Source: Bdellovibrionota bacterium (GTDB taxonomy: Bacteria > Bdellovibrionota_C > UBA2361 > OMIW01). From it: a stretch of 16,356 bases of DNA. The stretch is from NCBI GenBank assembly GCA_044345055.1, contig JBIJBT010000064.1, positions 1 through 16,356 of the forward strand, in the 5' to 3' direction. A program made the position numbers and the translations under genes. The notes beneath the pieces were generated by a model. The model saw only the letters and a program-made list of their open reading frames with translations. It was not told the DNA's origin and made no database searches. Shown one piece after another: positions 1-6,810 of the stretch (its first letter is position 1; each line of letters starts with the position of its first letter).

Positions 1-1
1 G

Positions 2-235
2 GGCGAGAATCGATTCTTTAGGTCACGTTTTTCTGCTGCGCGGTATTCGCTCGCCGGAGAGGTACTCTCCGCTCCAGCCATCGCTCCGTTGCCATATTTT
101 AAGGCAAGGCTTGCCGAGGGTGTTTGGGGTGGGCCTAAAGATACCCTCTTCGTTGAAATTGGGTTGCAAAATGAGGTTAATTCCGACTGGCGGCTCTCCC
201 TTGGATCGACGCACGAGGATACCGCAAGAAGATAA
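2..235 (+). CDS. 3' end of an unknown protein-coding gene (partial, runs off left edge)
   Basis: Frame starting at position 2 is open for 77 codons to TAA at 233-235 (GENRFFRSRFSAARYSLAGEVLSAPAIAPLPYFKARLAEGVWGGPKDTLFVEIGLQNEVNSDWRLSLGSTHEDTARR*). Protein-like composition and same orientation as downstream genes. No motif recognised. Confidence 0.5.
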   Translation, partial: GENRFFRSRFSAARYSLAGEVLSAPAIAPLPYFKARLAEGVWGGPKDTLFVEIGLQNEVNSDWRLSLGSTHEDTARR

Positions 236-395
236 GGACGATACGATCGCACTACCCCGAAAGGAATAAAAGCTAAAGTAAGAGAGGCTTTAAGCCGACT
301 CTTGTGGCGAGAGGGGGTGTCGACAATGACGATGGTTCTTTCGCGCGCGAATCTCGTATCGACTTTCGCTCCTTCCTCCGTTGTCGGGAACTATC

Positions 396-1529
396 ATGGA
401 TACCATTCTTCTTCTAGACGAATCAGGAGGTAAAAATCACAGCCTCCTAAACTTCCTCGGTTATAGCGTTGTATGTCCTGACGCGGAAACATCACCACTG
501 AACGTTCTGCAATCTGCTGAAATGGACCTCGTTATTTTGAATGAGGCCGTTTACCCTCACGCCGTTGATCTTCGATATTTTCTAAGAGCTTTTCCGGCAA
601 CCAGAGAGATACCACTCATCAGATTGGTCGATGGTGACTCGGGAGAGGTCGTACTGAATCACGAGGAGGTCGTGCACCTTTCAACGATGCCGGGGGCCGT
701 GGCGAGTAAGGCGGCGGTTCTTCTTCGTGTCAAGAAACTCCGAGGGCAAAACGACCACGAGGCGACGCTTCGCGAAAGAAACGCGATGCTTAAAGATCTC
801 AACGATCGTTACGGACGAGAGCTTCTGGAGGCTCGATCTATTCAACACGCTTTATTGCCGGAGTCATTGCCAGCGAGCGATGACGCAGTTGTCTCGGTGT
901 GGTACCGTCCGATGGAGCAGGTGGCGGGTGATGCTTATTTCTGTCGCGTTTTGCCCGGAGGAGTTCTTCACCTCGTTGTGATCGATGTTACTGGGCACGG
1001 AATTGCAGCGGCGCTGTTATGCAGTATGGTCAAATTGGCGCTATCGGTTAGTCAAGCCGAGCGAGCGGCGGACCTGCTAGGTGATGTTAATCGGGTTCTG
1101 ACCCCGCAGTTGCCGGAGGGGCGATATATTGCGATGGTGGTCGCAAGCTACGACCCTGCAACGGGCGATGTTGAGTTGGCGCATGGGGGTATTCCGCCAG
1201 CGCTTATAGTGCATACATCAAAAGGCGAGTGTCAGGAAGTTGGTGCGCGGGGGCTGCCGATAGGAGTTGACGAGGATGCTGTTTATGCGTCAGCTTCGGT
1301 TTCGATGTCGGCGGGCGATGTGCTACTACTCACCTCTGATGGCCTCACGGAATCGTCGAATCGTGAGGGAGCACGTTACGGAGTCGAGCGAATGGGTCGC
1401 GCGTTGTTAGAGGCTGGCGAAGAAGATGGTCGCTCAATTGGAGCGATTCTCGAGGAGGATCTGATAGGATTTCTCGATGGAAAGCTGATCAATGATGATG
1501 TAACGGTTCTCGCCATCCGAAAGCGGTAA
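396..1529 (+). CDS. PP2C-family (SpoIIE/RsbU-type) Ser/Thr phosphatase with N-terminal degenerate receiver domain and coiled-coil linker
   Basis: PP2C motifs ARSIQHALLP, VAGDAY, IDVTGHG, SDGLTE, DDVTVL. Receiver-like N-terminus (TILLLDE, DLVILN, PATREIPLI). ATG at 396 preferred over TTG at 381. Confidence 0.9.
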   Translation: MDTILLLDESGGKNHSLLNFLGYSVVCPDAETSPLNVLQSAEMDLVILNEAVYPHAVDLRYFLRAFPATREIPLIRLVDGDSGEVVLNHEEVVHLSTMPGAVASKAAVLLRVKKLRGQNDHEATLRERNAMLKDLNDRYGRELLEARSIQHALLPESLPASDDAVVSVWYRPMEQVAGDAYFCRVLPGGVLHLVVIDVTGHGIAAALLCSMVKLALSVSQAERAADLLGDVNRVLTPQLPEGRYIAMVVASYDPATGDVELAHGGIPPALIVHTSKGECQEVGARGLPIGVDEDAVYASASVSMSAGDVLLLTSDGLTESSNREGARYGVERMGRALLEAGEEDGRSIGAILEEDLIGFLDGKLINDDVTVLAIRKR

Positions 1530-1625
1530 AATGTGGAGCCGCCCGTTATCGAGCTTGCTTGAGATTCTTAATATTCGCTGAAAAATTCAGTCTCCTCAGT
1601 TTCTATCTCATGTTTTTCTATTTCC

Positions 1626-2069
1626 ATGTTTGAAACATTCGATCTTCACCCTGCAGTGAGCGGGGCGAGTCTTGCCTTTATACTGCTCCTCTTGAGCCTC
1701 GATGGTATTAACTGGGTGCGGGAGCGTAGTCTCTACAAAGGTGGAGGAGCTATCTTGTGGGCCGCTGGAATCGCACTTGTTACCACTTTTTTTTCCGGTT
1801 ATCTGGCACACGGATTTCTCTTTCCACCGGATGATCTTGTTATTCGGGACGCTATAGCGCGCCACCATGTTGTTGGGCGCTCCGCTCTGATAGTATTTCC
1901 GATCGTTGTGGTGTTGCGTCGTCTCGCATTTTCGCGCTGCACTCTTTTGTGGATAATCGGATATGGCTCAGCAGTGCTCGGATTGGCGGCAACTCTGGTA
2001 GTTGGTGGCGCCATGGGGGGAAGGCTCGTCTTTGATCACGGCGTGGGAGTAGCGGCAGTAAATCGGTGA
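1626..2069 (+). CDS. DUF2231-like integral membrane protein (about 4 TM helices)
   Basis: N-terminal LHP, four hydrophobic segments, central HH..GR and C-terminal GAMGGRLVFDHGVGV, which resembles the GGxLVxxxGxGV end of DUF2231 proteins. Confidence 0.7.
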   Translation: MFETFDLHPAVSGASLAFILLLLSLDGINWVRERSLYKGGGAILWAAGIALVTTFFSGYLAHGFLFPPDDLVIRDAIARHHVVGRSALIVFPIVVVLRRLAFSRCTLLWIIGYGSAVLGLAATLVVGGAMGGRLVFDHGVGVAAVNR

Positions 2070-2102
2070 GTTTCGGGTTTTTTCTTGACCGATGGAGATT
2101 CA

Positions 2103-3206
2103 GTGAACGAAAATTTTTTCTCTCTTGGTCGCAGCCCGTTGTGGATGGTAAGCCAGGACCGTGATCTGAACGAATTTGTGACCTATCTTCAAAAGGTTCG
2201 CGAGTTACTCAAGGAGGAAGGTAGCGTCGTTACCCTCACCTTTAATCGAGCAGAAGTAGAACGGGTTCAGCAAAGTTTTGCAGCGATGATTCGCAAAGGA
2301 GAAGAGGCGCTCCATAGAATAGCCCTGTTGGTGTGCTCCGTGCTTGGTGATGGAGGAGATGTTCGGGAGCTTGTCGAAATTAGTAGCGTAGTTATTGGCG
2401 GCATCCCGACGACCCGAGAAAGATTCACCCTATCTCAGGTACTCGATCCTGATGCTCTTTACGATACAACCGATCTTGATTTAGGAACCAGACAGCTTAG
2501 AAAGTTGCGCTATTTTGATGGCAATAAATGGGTCGTGCCAACGTTGGTATCAAACGTTGTTGAATACCAACCCCGTAGCTTCAACGGTTTTAATGTTCAT
2601 AAATTTATGACCCGAGTGAAAGCGGAAGAGGAGATCTGGAACAAGGTCGCTGATGAAATATTCGAGCTCGATTCGCTCGTCGCGCGGGACAAACAGCTTT
2701 CTCATTTGAGTCGATACGTGAAAGACGTATTTGGCCTTAAAGCGGTTGTTTCGGATGAACAGAGTGCATTTAAGTTGCTTGCTGAGCTCGAGCGGCGTGA
2801 GTGGAGTGCTGACACATTGAGATCGGTAGGGGTTGCTCCTTCCCCTGAAACGCAACGATTCTCGCTGCTTGAAACGAAGGATTATTTATCTGGAGAGCGC
2901 GGAAAGAATTCAGGATGGCAGGCGCTCAAAGTGGTTGTCACCTGGGGTGGGAGGCCATTTGAGGTCCAAATTCAGACACTTCGTAACTATCTACGGGAGC
3001 GTGAACGGCTTACTCAGGAGAGCCACGCAAGCTTTAAAGCTACCCGAGAAGATGTAAGAAACCGAATTGCAGAACAGCTTCCCCTTTTTGGTTTTTTTCG
3101 GGACCTTTTGCGGTGGCTTTTTCTTGCAGAAGGGGCGGTGATGCCGGAGCACCCATCGGTGAGGATTGTGCTTGAGGAGATTGGCGAGGTAGTCGATAGA
3201 GTCTAG
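2103..3206 (+). CDS. Divergent RelA/SpoT-synthetase-domain (small alarmone synthetase-like nucleotidyltransferase) protein with unknown N-terminal domain
   Basis: Ordered motifs RVKAEEEIWNK, KDVFGLK, KDYL, KNSGWQALK, FEVQIQT and SHASFK match RxKxxxSxxxK, DxxGxR, DY, GYxSxH, ExQxRT and HxxYK. GTG at 2103 has GGAG at 2094-2097; the ORF track uses TTG at 2085. Confidence 0.75.
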   Translation: MNENFFSLGRSPLWMVSQDRDLNEFVTYLQKVRELLKEEGSVVTLTFNRAEVERVQQSFAAMIRKGEEALHRIALLVCSVLGDGGDVRELVEISSVVIGGIPTTRERFTLSQVLDPDALYDTTDLDLGTRQLRKLRYFDGNKWVVPTLVSNVVEYQPRSFNGFNVHKFMTRVKAEEEIWNKVADEIFELDSLVARDKQLSHLSRYVKDVFGLKAVVSDEQSAFKLLAELERREWSADTLRSVGVAPSPETQRFSLLETKDYLSGERGKNSGWQALKVVVTWGGRPFEVQIQTLRNYLRERERLTQESHASFKATREDVRNRIAEQLPLFGFFRDLLRWLFLAEGAVMPEHPSVRIVLEEIGEVVDRV

Positions 3207-3234
3207 TTGGTTAGCGCGAGGGAACCTTTCGGGA

Positions 3235-3262
3235 TTGCCACAACATCCAAAAAAGGTACACT
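3235..3262 (+). promoter_or_regulatory. Putative sigma70-type promoter for the large secreted protein
   Basis: TTGCCA (3235-3240), 16 bp spacer, TACACT (3257-3262). Confidence 0.5.
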
Positions 3263-3422
3263 ACCCCTTTGAGTGAGGGGTTGACAGGGCTCCTGTGCAA
3301 GCCAGTTCTGCACACACAAATTCCGGTGCTACAGTGGCCGGTAAATATTTTCGGCGAGAAGCTTTGGCATTAAAGCTTGGTAAGTCAGGGTTAAGCTTTT
3401 GAGAAGAGGTCCGGAGAATAGT

Positions 3423-6137
3423 ATGAAGCGAATTATCTCATTGGTTGTTGGAGCGGCTGTTGGAATACTACCAACGCTGATGGCAAAAGCTCAGCCGTTT
3501 GCTGCCGATGATACGGCGCGCATAAGCTTTGCTGGTGGGACCGGCAGTGGTGGAGCTTCAAACGCTGATGTGATTAATCCGCAGATGAGCAAAAACGGAA
3601 GATTCGTCGTTTTTGAATCGACATCGACCAATTTGGTAGCAAAGACTCAGGACAAAGACCCCGTAACCTTAAATGGCAAGAAGCAGGTTTACCTGTACGA
3701 CAGGCAGGCAAATTCGCTCGAACTGGTCAGTTTAACGCTTGATGGAAGCGCCTCGCCGGTAGATTGCTATGAGCCGAGCGTTAGTAATGATGGGCGTTAT
3801 GTGGCGTTTGTGGCGGATTTGCGCGATGGGTCTGATACGAGCAACCCGACAAGGACCGGCAAAGAAATTTTTGCAGAGGAGTTTAATCGATCGGTGGGGC
3901 CCCGAGATGCTTCATCCAAGGTGTGCCAAGAAGGGGATTGTAACCAGAATTATCATGTAGCCCTTTTTTTCCCTGGTCGTCACATCCTTATGCGTGACAG
4001 GTTCGCTAACCAGACGTTACTAGCCTCTCTCTCTGAAATTTCAACAGCGCGGCAGAAATTTGAAAATGGTGCTCCCAAGATTGATAGTGCGGGTTTTCCG
4101 GAGTTCGTTACTGAGACTTTGCGAGTAGCCAATACTCGCTACGATGCCGTAAATGGAGTCGCGGTTGGTAACGCTGGTCGAACACGAGGCGATAGTGATA
4201 GCCGTCGTCCTAATCTCTCAGGCGATGGTAGATTCGTCGTTTACGATACCGATGCCTTTACCGGAGCGGGATACCGAGTTGGTAAGATAGATCCTAATCG
4301 GACTGATAACTTTAATGTTTGGACCAGAACTCTTGGGCTATATACTGGTAAGTACATCGCAGGTGAAGACGGCGTTGTAGACACCGACGATGATTATCTT
4401 CTACCCGGGCCATTGCCATCTGGGAATTTCTCTCTGTCTCAGTGGTTCGATAACAATAGCGTTCGGGATGTTTTCGTTCGGGACGGTGAAACTCCAAGCA
4501 CCAAGATGGTATCATTCGATTGTCGATATCATTCGCCAAAGCCGTTGCGTTGCGATGTGCTTGGGACGAAGGATTCTATAAACGCTTCGATAAGTGATGA
4601 TGGTCGATTTATAGCGTTTGAATCATTGTCTTGGAACTTTTTATCACAAGACTTTAATAGTGCATCAGATGCATACGTCGTAGAGCGAGAAAAGATTGAC
4701 CTGGACGTGGTTAATCTGGAGCGTATCAGTAACAACTCCTCGCGAGTATCCGCTCCAAACGATGCTAGTCAAAACGTCCGTATCTCTGCAGATGGCCGAT
4801 TTGTTGTCTACGATTCAGCGGCCACTAATATCGTTCCAACCGATGTTAATAGCAAAAAAGATGTCTTCGTCTACGACCGGACATTCTTCCAGACGACTCG
4901 GTGTCTGGGGCCAAAACCTGCAGATCCAAACCAGACACCTGCTCCGGGTAATGGCGATAGTATTCGTCCCTCAATTAGTGGTTCTGGTGAGTTTGTTGCC
5001 TTTGAATCGAACTCAACAAATTGGGGAGCTGCTGGCGGGTTATTTCAGGCCTACTCGGGACAAACTTCCAAAGATAGGCTTGGTCGTTTAACTTCCTGCT
5101 ACGCAAACCTCGCCTCTTCAGCGTCGGGCTCAGGCGGAAACGGTAACAGCACGCAGGTATCCGCGGCGGTAATTCCGCGCTCTGCGACAGCAACTCCGAA
5201 CCCCAATCCGACAGCAACAACCACTCCGGCAGCAGCAACCCCAACTCCTGAGACTGTCCGTCTCAGAGTAGCATCGGTTGCCTACGGCTCCACCGCAACC
5301 GATGTTGGCTTGCGGGCGCCTTCGGGAACTCCAACGGCCGATACTAACGGGCTTCGCGATATCTTTCAGGCGCCACGATGTTTGGCTGAAGATCTTGCGA
5401 ACGACCAGGATGGAGACGGAACGGTTGACTGCTTTGATATGTGTTGGAAGGACCTGAAAAAGGTAGAAGACGCCGACAAGGATGGCGATGGTGTCGCTGA
5501 CTGTGAAGATAACTGCCCCGAAGATCCTCAGAAGCAGCAGAAAGGAATTTGCGGCTGTGGTACGGAGGATGTCGACTCGGATTTTGACCGCACCTTCGAT
5601 TGTCAGGATGAATGTCCGACTGATGTGGCCAAGACAAAAGCAGGTCTTTGCGGCTGTTTCCGCTCCGATGTGGACACAGATCAAGACGGAAAGCCTGATT
5701 GCGACGATCTCTGCCCAGATGATCGCTTAAAGGTCGAGCCGGGTGCATGTGGATGCGGTAACTCAGATTTTGGCTCCGATGGGAAACTTCTTGTCGGGTG
5801 CGCAACTCCAACTCCGCAGCCAGCAACCCCGACACCAACGGCTACACCGATACCGTTTACGGGGAGCAAGCCGGCCAAACCAACCTTAAAGCGGCTGACG
5901 ACCCGAAAGTACGAGGTTACTGTGTCAGCCGCTGGGTTGCCGAAAGCCCCGAGTCAATATCGGGTTTCGGTCGAGCCGTCCTCGTCTACGACGGCGGTAA
6001 GCGTGGTGAGATCGAGTGCAACAAAGATAGTTGTTGATGGATTAAGAAAAGGCACCTATCGCGTTCGCTACCAGGCTGTCTCCGGCAAGGAGCGGTCTCT
6101 GTTCAGCGATTACTCAACGACCTTTAGGATAAGGTAG
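3423..6137 (+). CDS. Large secreted protein: TolB/PD40-like beta-propeller, Pro/Thr linkers, thrombospondin type 3-like Ca-binding Cys repeats, C-terminal FN3-like domain
   Basis: Signal peptide MKRIISLVVGAAVGILPTLMAKA after GGAGA. Six S.DGRFV.F/Y-type repeats (SKNGRFVVFES, SNDGRYVAFVA, SGDGRFVVYDT, SDDGRFIAFES, SADGRFVVYDS, SGSGEFVAFES). DxDxDGxxDCxDxCP repeats. LRKGTYRVRY in the C-terminal domain. Confidence 0.85.
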   Translation: MKRIISLVVGAAVGILPTLMAKAQPFAADDTARISFAGGTGSGGASNADVINPQMSKNGRFVVFESTSTNLVAKTQDKDPVTLNGKKQVYLYDRQANSLELVSLTLDGSASPVDCYEPSVSNDGRYVAFVADLRDGSDTSNPTRTGKEIFAEEFNRSVGPRDASSKVCQEGDCNQNYHVALFFPGRHILMRDRFANQTLLASLSEISTARQKFENGAPKIDSAGFPEFVTETLRVANTRYDAVNGVAVGNAGRTRGDSDSRRPNLSGDGRFVVYDTDAFTGAGYRVGKIDPNRTDNFNVWTRTLGLYTGKYIAGEDGVVDTDDDYLLPGPLPSGNFSLSQWFDNNSVRDVFVRDGETPSTKMVSFDCRYHSPKPLRCDVLGTKDSINASISDDGRFIAFESLSWNFLSQDFNSASDAYVVEREKIDLDVVNLERISNNSSRVSAPNDASQNVRISADGRFVVYDSAATNIVPTDVNSKKDVFVYDRTFFQTTRCLGPKPADPNQTPAPGNGDSIRPSISGSGEFVAFESNSTNWGAAGGLFQAYSGQTSKDRLGRLTSCYANLASSASGSGGNGNSTQVSAAVIPRSATATPNPNPTATTTPAAATPTPETVRLRVASVAYGSTATDVGLRAPSGTPTADTNGLRDIFQAPRCLAEDLANDQDGDGTVDCFDMCWKDLKKVEDADKDGDGVADCEDNCPEDPQKQQKGICGCGTEDVDSDFDRTFDCQDECPTDVAKTKAGLCGCFRSDVDTDQDGKPDCDDLCPDDRLKVEPGACGCGNSDFGSDGKLLVGCATPTPQPATPTPTATPIPFTGSKPAKPTLKRLTTRKYEVTVSAAGLPKAPSQYRVSVEPSSSTTAVSVVRSSATKIVVDGLRKGTYRVRYQAVSGKERSLFSDYSTTFRIR
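5403..5768 (+). repeat. Coding tandem repeats (DxDxDxxxDCxDxCPxDxxKxxxGxCGC), 99-nt period
   Basis: Full 33-aa units start at 5475, 5574 and 5673, with a shorter unit at 5403. Confidence 0.85.
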
Positions 6138-6157
6138 AGTAAGCCTAATAAATAATG

Positions 6158-6209
6158 GGGCCGCAGCTTGGTCTTGATTGACCAGGCGCGGCCCTTTCCT
6201 GTTTCGTTT
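6158..6209 (+). terminator. Rho-independent terminator
   Basis: GGGCCGC-A-GCTTGGTC / loop TTGATT / GACCAGGC-GCGGCCC (6158-6194) followed by TTTCCTGTTTCGTTT, 20 nt after the stop codon. Confidence 0.75.
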
Positions 6210-6236
6210 GACCTTTCTCAGTTATTCAGTTAACCT
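6208..6236 (+). promoter_or_regulatory. Putative sigma70 promoter of rpsO-pnp-dut
   Basis: TTGACC (6208-6213), 17 bp spacer, TAACCT (6231-6236). Confidence 0.65.
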
Positions 6237-6242
6237 CCCCCA

Positions 6243-6436
6243 ACTATTCATGGCAGTGTCGCTAGGGCGCGTCCCTCGATTTGAAAAATCAGTGTATAAG
6301 CTGAGGTGGTCCACCCCCTGATGGGTTTAGCTCATCATGTTAGCGAGCCTTAATTGGCTAGGTGGCTCACGGCGTTTGATGAAGCCAAGTTTAAGAATGT
6401 CAATAGCGTAATAAAACGATTGATGGAAAAGATAGT
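6243..6436 (+). promoter_or_regulatory. Structured 5' leader of rpsO (candidate S15 autoregulatory element)
   Basis: About 190 nt between the promoter and rpsO. Nested stems TCATCA/TGATGA (6332-6337/6377-6382) and GAGCC/GGCTC (6345-6349/6364-6368), plus small hairpins at 6264-6276 and 6278-6290. Confidence 0.4.
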
Positions 6437-6742
6437 ATGAGTGCAGAGTCCGGTCAGAACATCGCAGGAGTCGGAGCAGTGGTCGCCCTTCAGAAGGCGG
6501 AAATAATTAAAGCCTATGCACGAAAGGAAGGGGATGTTGGTTCTCCAGAGGTTCAGGTAGCATTGCTAACAAAGCGGATACAGAATTTAACCAATCACTT
6601 CGAGTCGCACCGAGAAGATAAGCACTCAAAGCGCGGTATGATGGCGTTAATAGGACGCAGAAAAGCTCTTTTGAGATATCTTAAAGATGAGAGCCCTGAG
6701 CGTTATCGGGCTCTCATAGCTTCGCTCGGTCTCCGTAAGTAG
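6437..6742 (+). CDS. rpsO: 30S ribosomal protein S15
   Basis: DVGSPEVQVALLT..I..LT.HF..H..DKHSKRG...L.GRRK.LL.YL and the C-terminal LGLRK are diagnostic. Upstream of pnp as usual. True start may be GTG at 6479. Confidence 0.98.
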   Translation: MSAESGQNIAGVGAVVALQKAEIIKAYARKEGDVGSPEVQVALLTKRIQNLTNHFESHREDKHSKRGMMALIGRRKALLRYLKDESPERYRALIASLGLRK

Positions 6743-6760
6743 AGGTTCAAAAGCGATATT

Positions 6761-6810
6761 TACACGGGGCCTTTTTTTAGAGCTTTATGCGGCGATAAAG
6801 GTCCCATGTA
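6761..6810 (+). other. Long stem-loop downstream of rpsO (processing, stability or termination element)
   Basis: TACACGGGGCCTTT (6761-6774) pairs with AAAGGTCCCATGTA (6797-6810): 13 of 14 pairs including one G-U. No downstream U-tract. Confidence 0.55.

Noticed and set aside
1..390. Stop-free minus-strand frame running off the left edge, and ORF 23..214 (-)
   Set aside because: Ser/Pro-rich, no well-placed RBS, no motifs. Best explained as the antisense shadow of the + strand partial CDS.
3281..3310. Perfect TTGACA at 3281-3286
   Set aside because: No acceptable -10 at 16-18 bp. The TTGCCA/TACACT pair upstream is a better promoter.
5403..5768. Periodic sequence considered as a CRISPR array
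   Set aside because: Repeats are conserved at protein level, in frame and degenerate in DNA. No identical repeats with spacers and no cas genes.
5130..5878. Long antisense ORFs (184, 164 and 65 aa) over the repeat region
   Set aside because: Fully overlap a well-supported CDS and arise from its repetitive codon pattern.
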